From Mobula hypostoma (taxonomy: Eukaryota), in the NCBI RefSeq assembly GCF_963921235.1, contig NC_086097.1, positions 43,526,001 through 43,590,000 on the forward strand: 64,000 bases of DNA. Reading direction: 5' to 3'. The notes beneath the pieces were generated by a model. That model was not told the origin of the DNA. It saw only the letters and a program-made list of their open reading frames with translations, and did not search any database. Within the stretch, counting starts at the first letter, position 1, and every line of letters begins with the position of its first letter. Positions 1 to 64,000 of this stretch are shown piece by piece. A program made the translations under genes and the position numbers.

Positions 1-202
1 AATTGAAAACAGTTCTAAAATCAAATTTGAAATTTCTGAAAACTGAACTTTGAAACTTTTAGCATACTTCAGAGTAACTCTGAAAACCAGCATCTTGTTA
101 ATAAATCATTTCTGTTTCTTATGAGTCAAAGCATTAGTTGACATCAACACTCATGTTACTGCATTTATCCAGGAATGGGGAAATATATATACATAAATTT
201 CA

Positions 203-63527
<63,325 letters not shown>

Positions 63528-64000
63528 TTATTACATGAAAATATGACCACAAGATTAGACATACTTAATATTCACAAGTAACTTGATCACCCCCTCTTAA
63601 TTAGTACCTCACTCAGTGGGTATTGGGATGGCAGCAGAGTCCTACATCGGAGCATTATTCTCACGTAGGTGGGGCTTGGTGATTCAAGTGGATGAGCAGT
63701 TTAGGACTGCAGATATCTCCTACATTCACCCATTGTTGAAGACGTGCATTACCTTGCTGGATTCCCCTCCATTTTAAGATCTCTCTTTTTTTAAGCTTAT
63801 TACAATCATACAGCACCAGAAGTAACCCAAATAGTCCATGCTAATTAAGATTCCCATCTAAGCCAGTCTCATTTGTCTGCATTTGGCCCATATCCCTCCA
63901 ATCCTTTCTGATCCAAGTATATGGAGTCCATATCCATATCTGACCTATATCCATCAATTTTTCACATCCATATCTAATGCCCTCTAGTTCTTGATTTCCC

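Overview
Vertebrate genomic DNA. The CR1, Rex1, Penelope and V-SINE repeat landscape suggests a cartilaginous fish such as a ray or shark (inference). The whole window lies inside one minus-strand gene, cytoplasmic dynein 1 heavy chain (DYNC1H1). I traced 50 consecutive exon positions (63506 down to 212, about 2,840 codons) that splice in frame and cover the tail, linker, AAA1-AAA4, stalk/microtubule-binding domain (MTBD) and the start of AAA5. Both gene ends lie outside the window. The main finding is a tandem duplication of the exon encoding the core of the MTBD into two intact 196-nt exons of identical phase (4982-5177 and 4514-4709, 50/66 aa identical). These look like mutually exclusive exons that would give dynein two alternative microtubule-binding feet. 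The 272-nt intron between them holds a nested, co-centred inverted repeat and a UGCAUG (RBFOX) motif, a candidate switch mechanism. The other introns contain CR1 and Rex1 LINEs, Penelope elements (one with a minimal hammerhead ribozyme in the gene's sense), SINEs, a Tc1 fragment and Tigger/pogo-like MITEs, several nested with readable target-site duplications. Two GC-AG introns and a poly-C acceptor are also present. Exon numbers quoted as 'equiv.' come from counting against the human gene from memory and are inferential.
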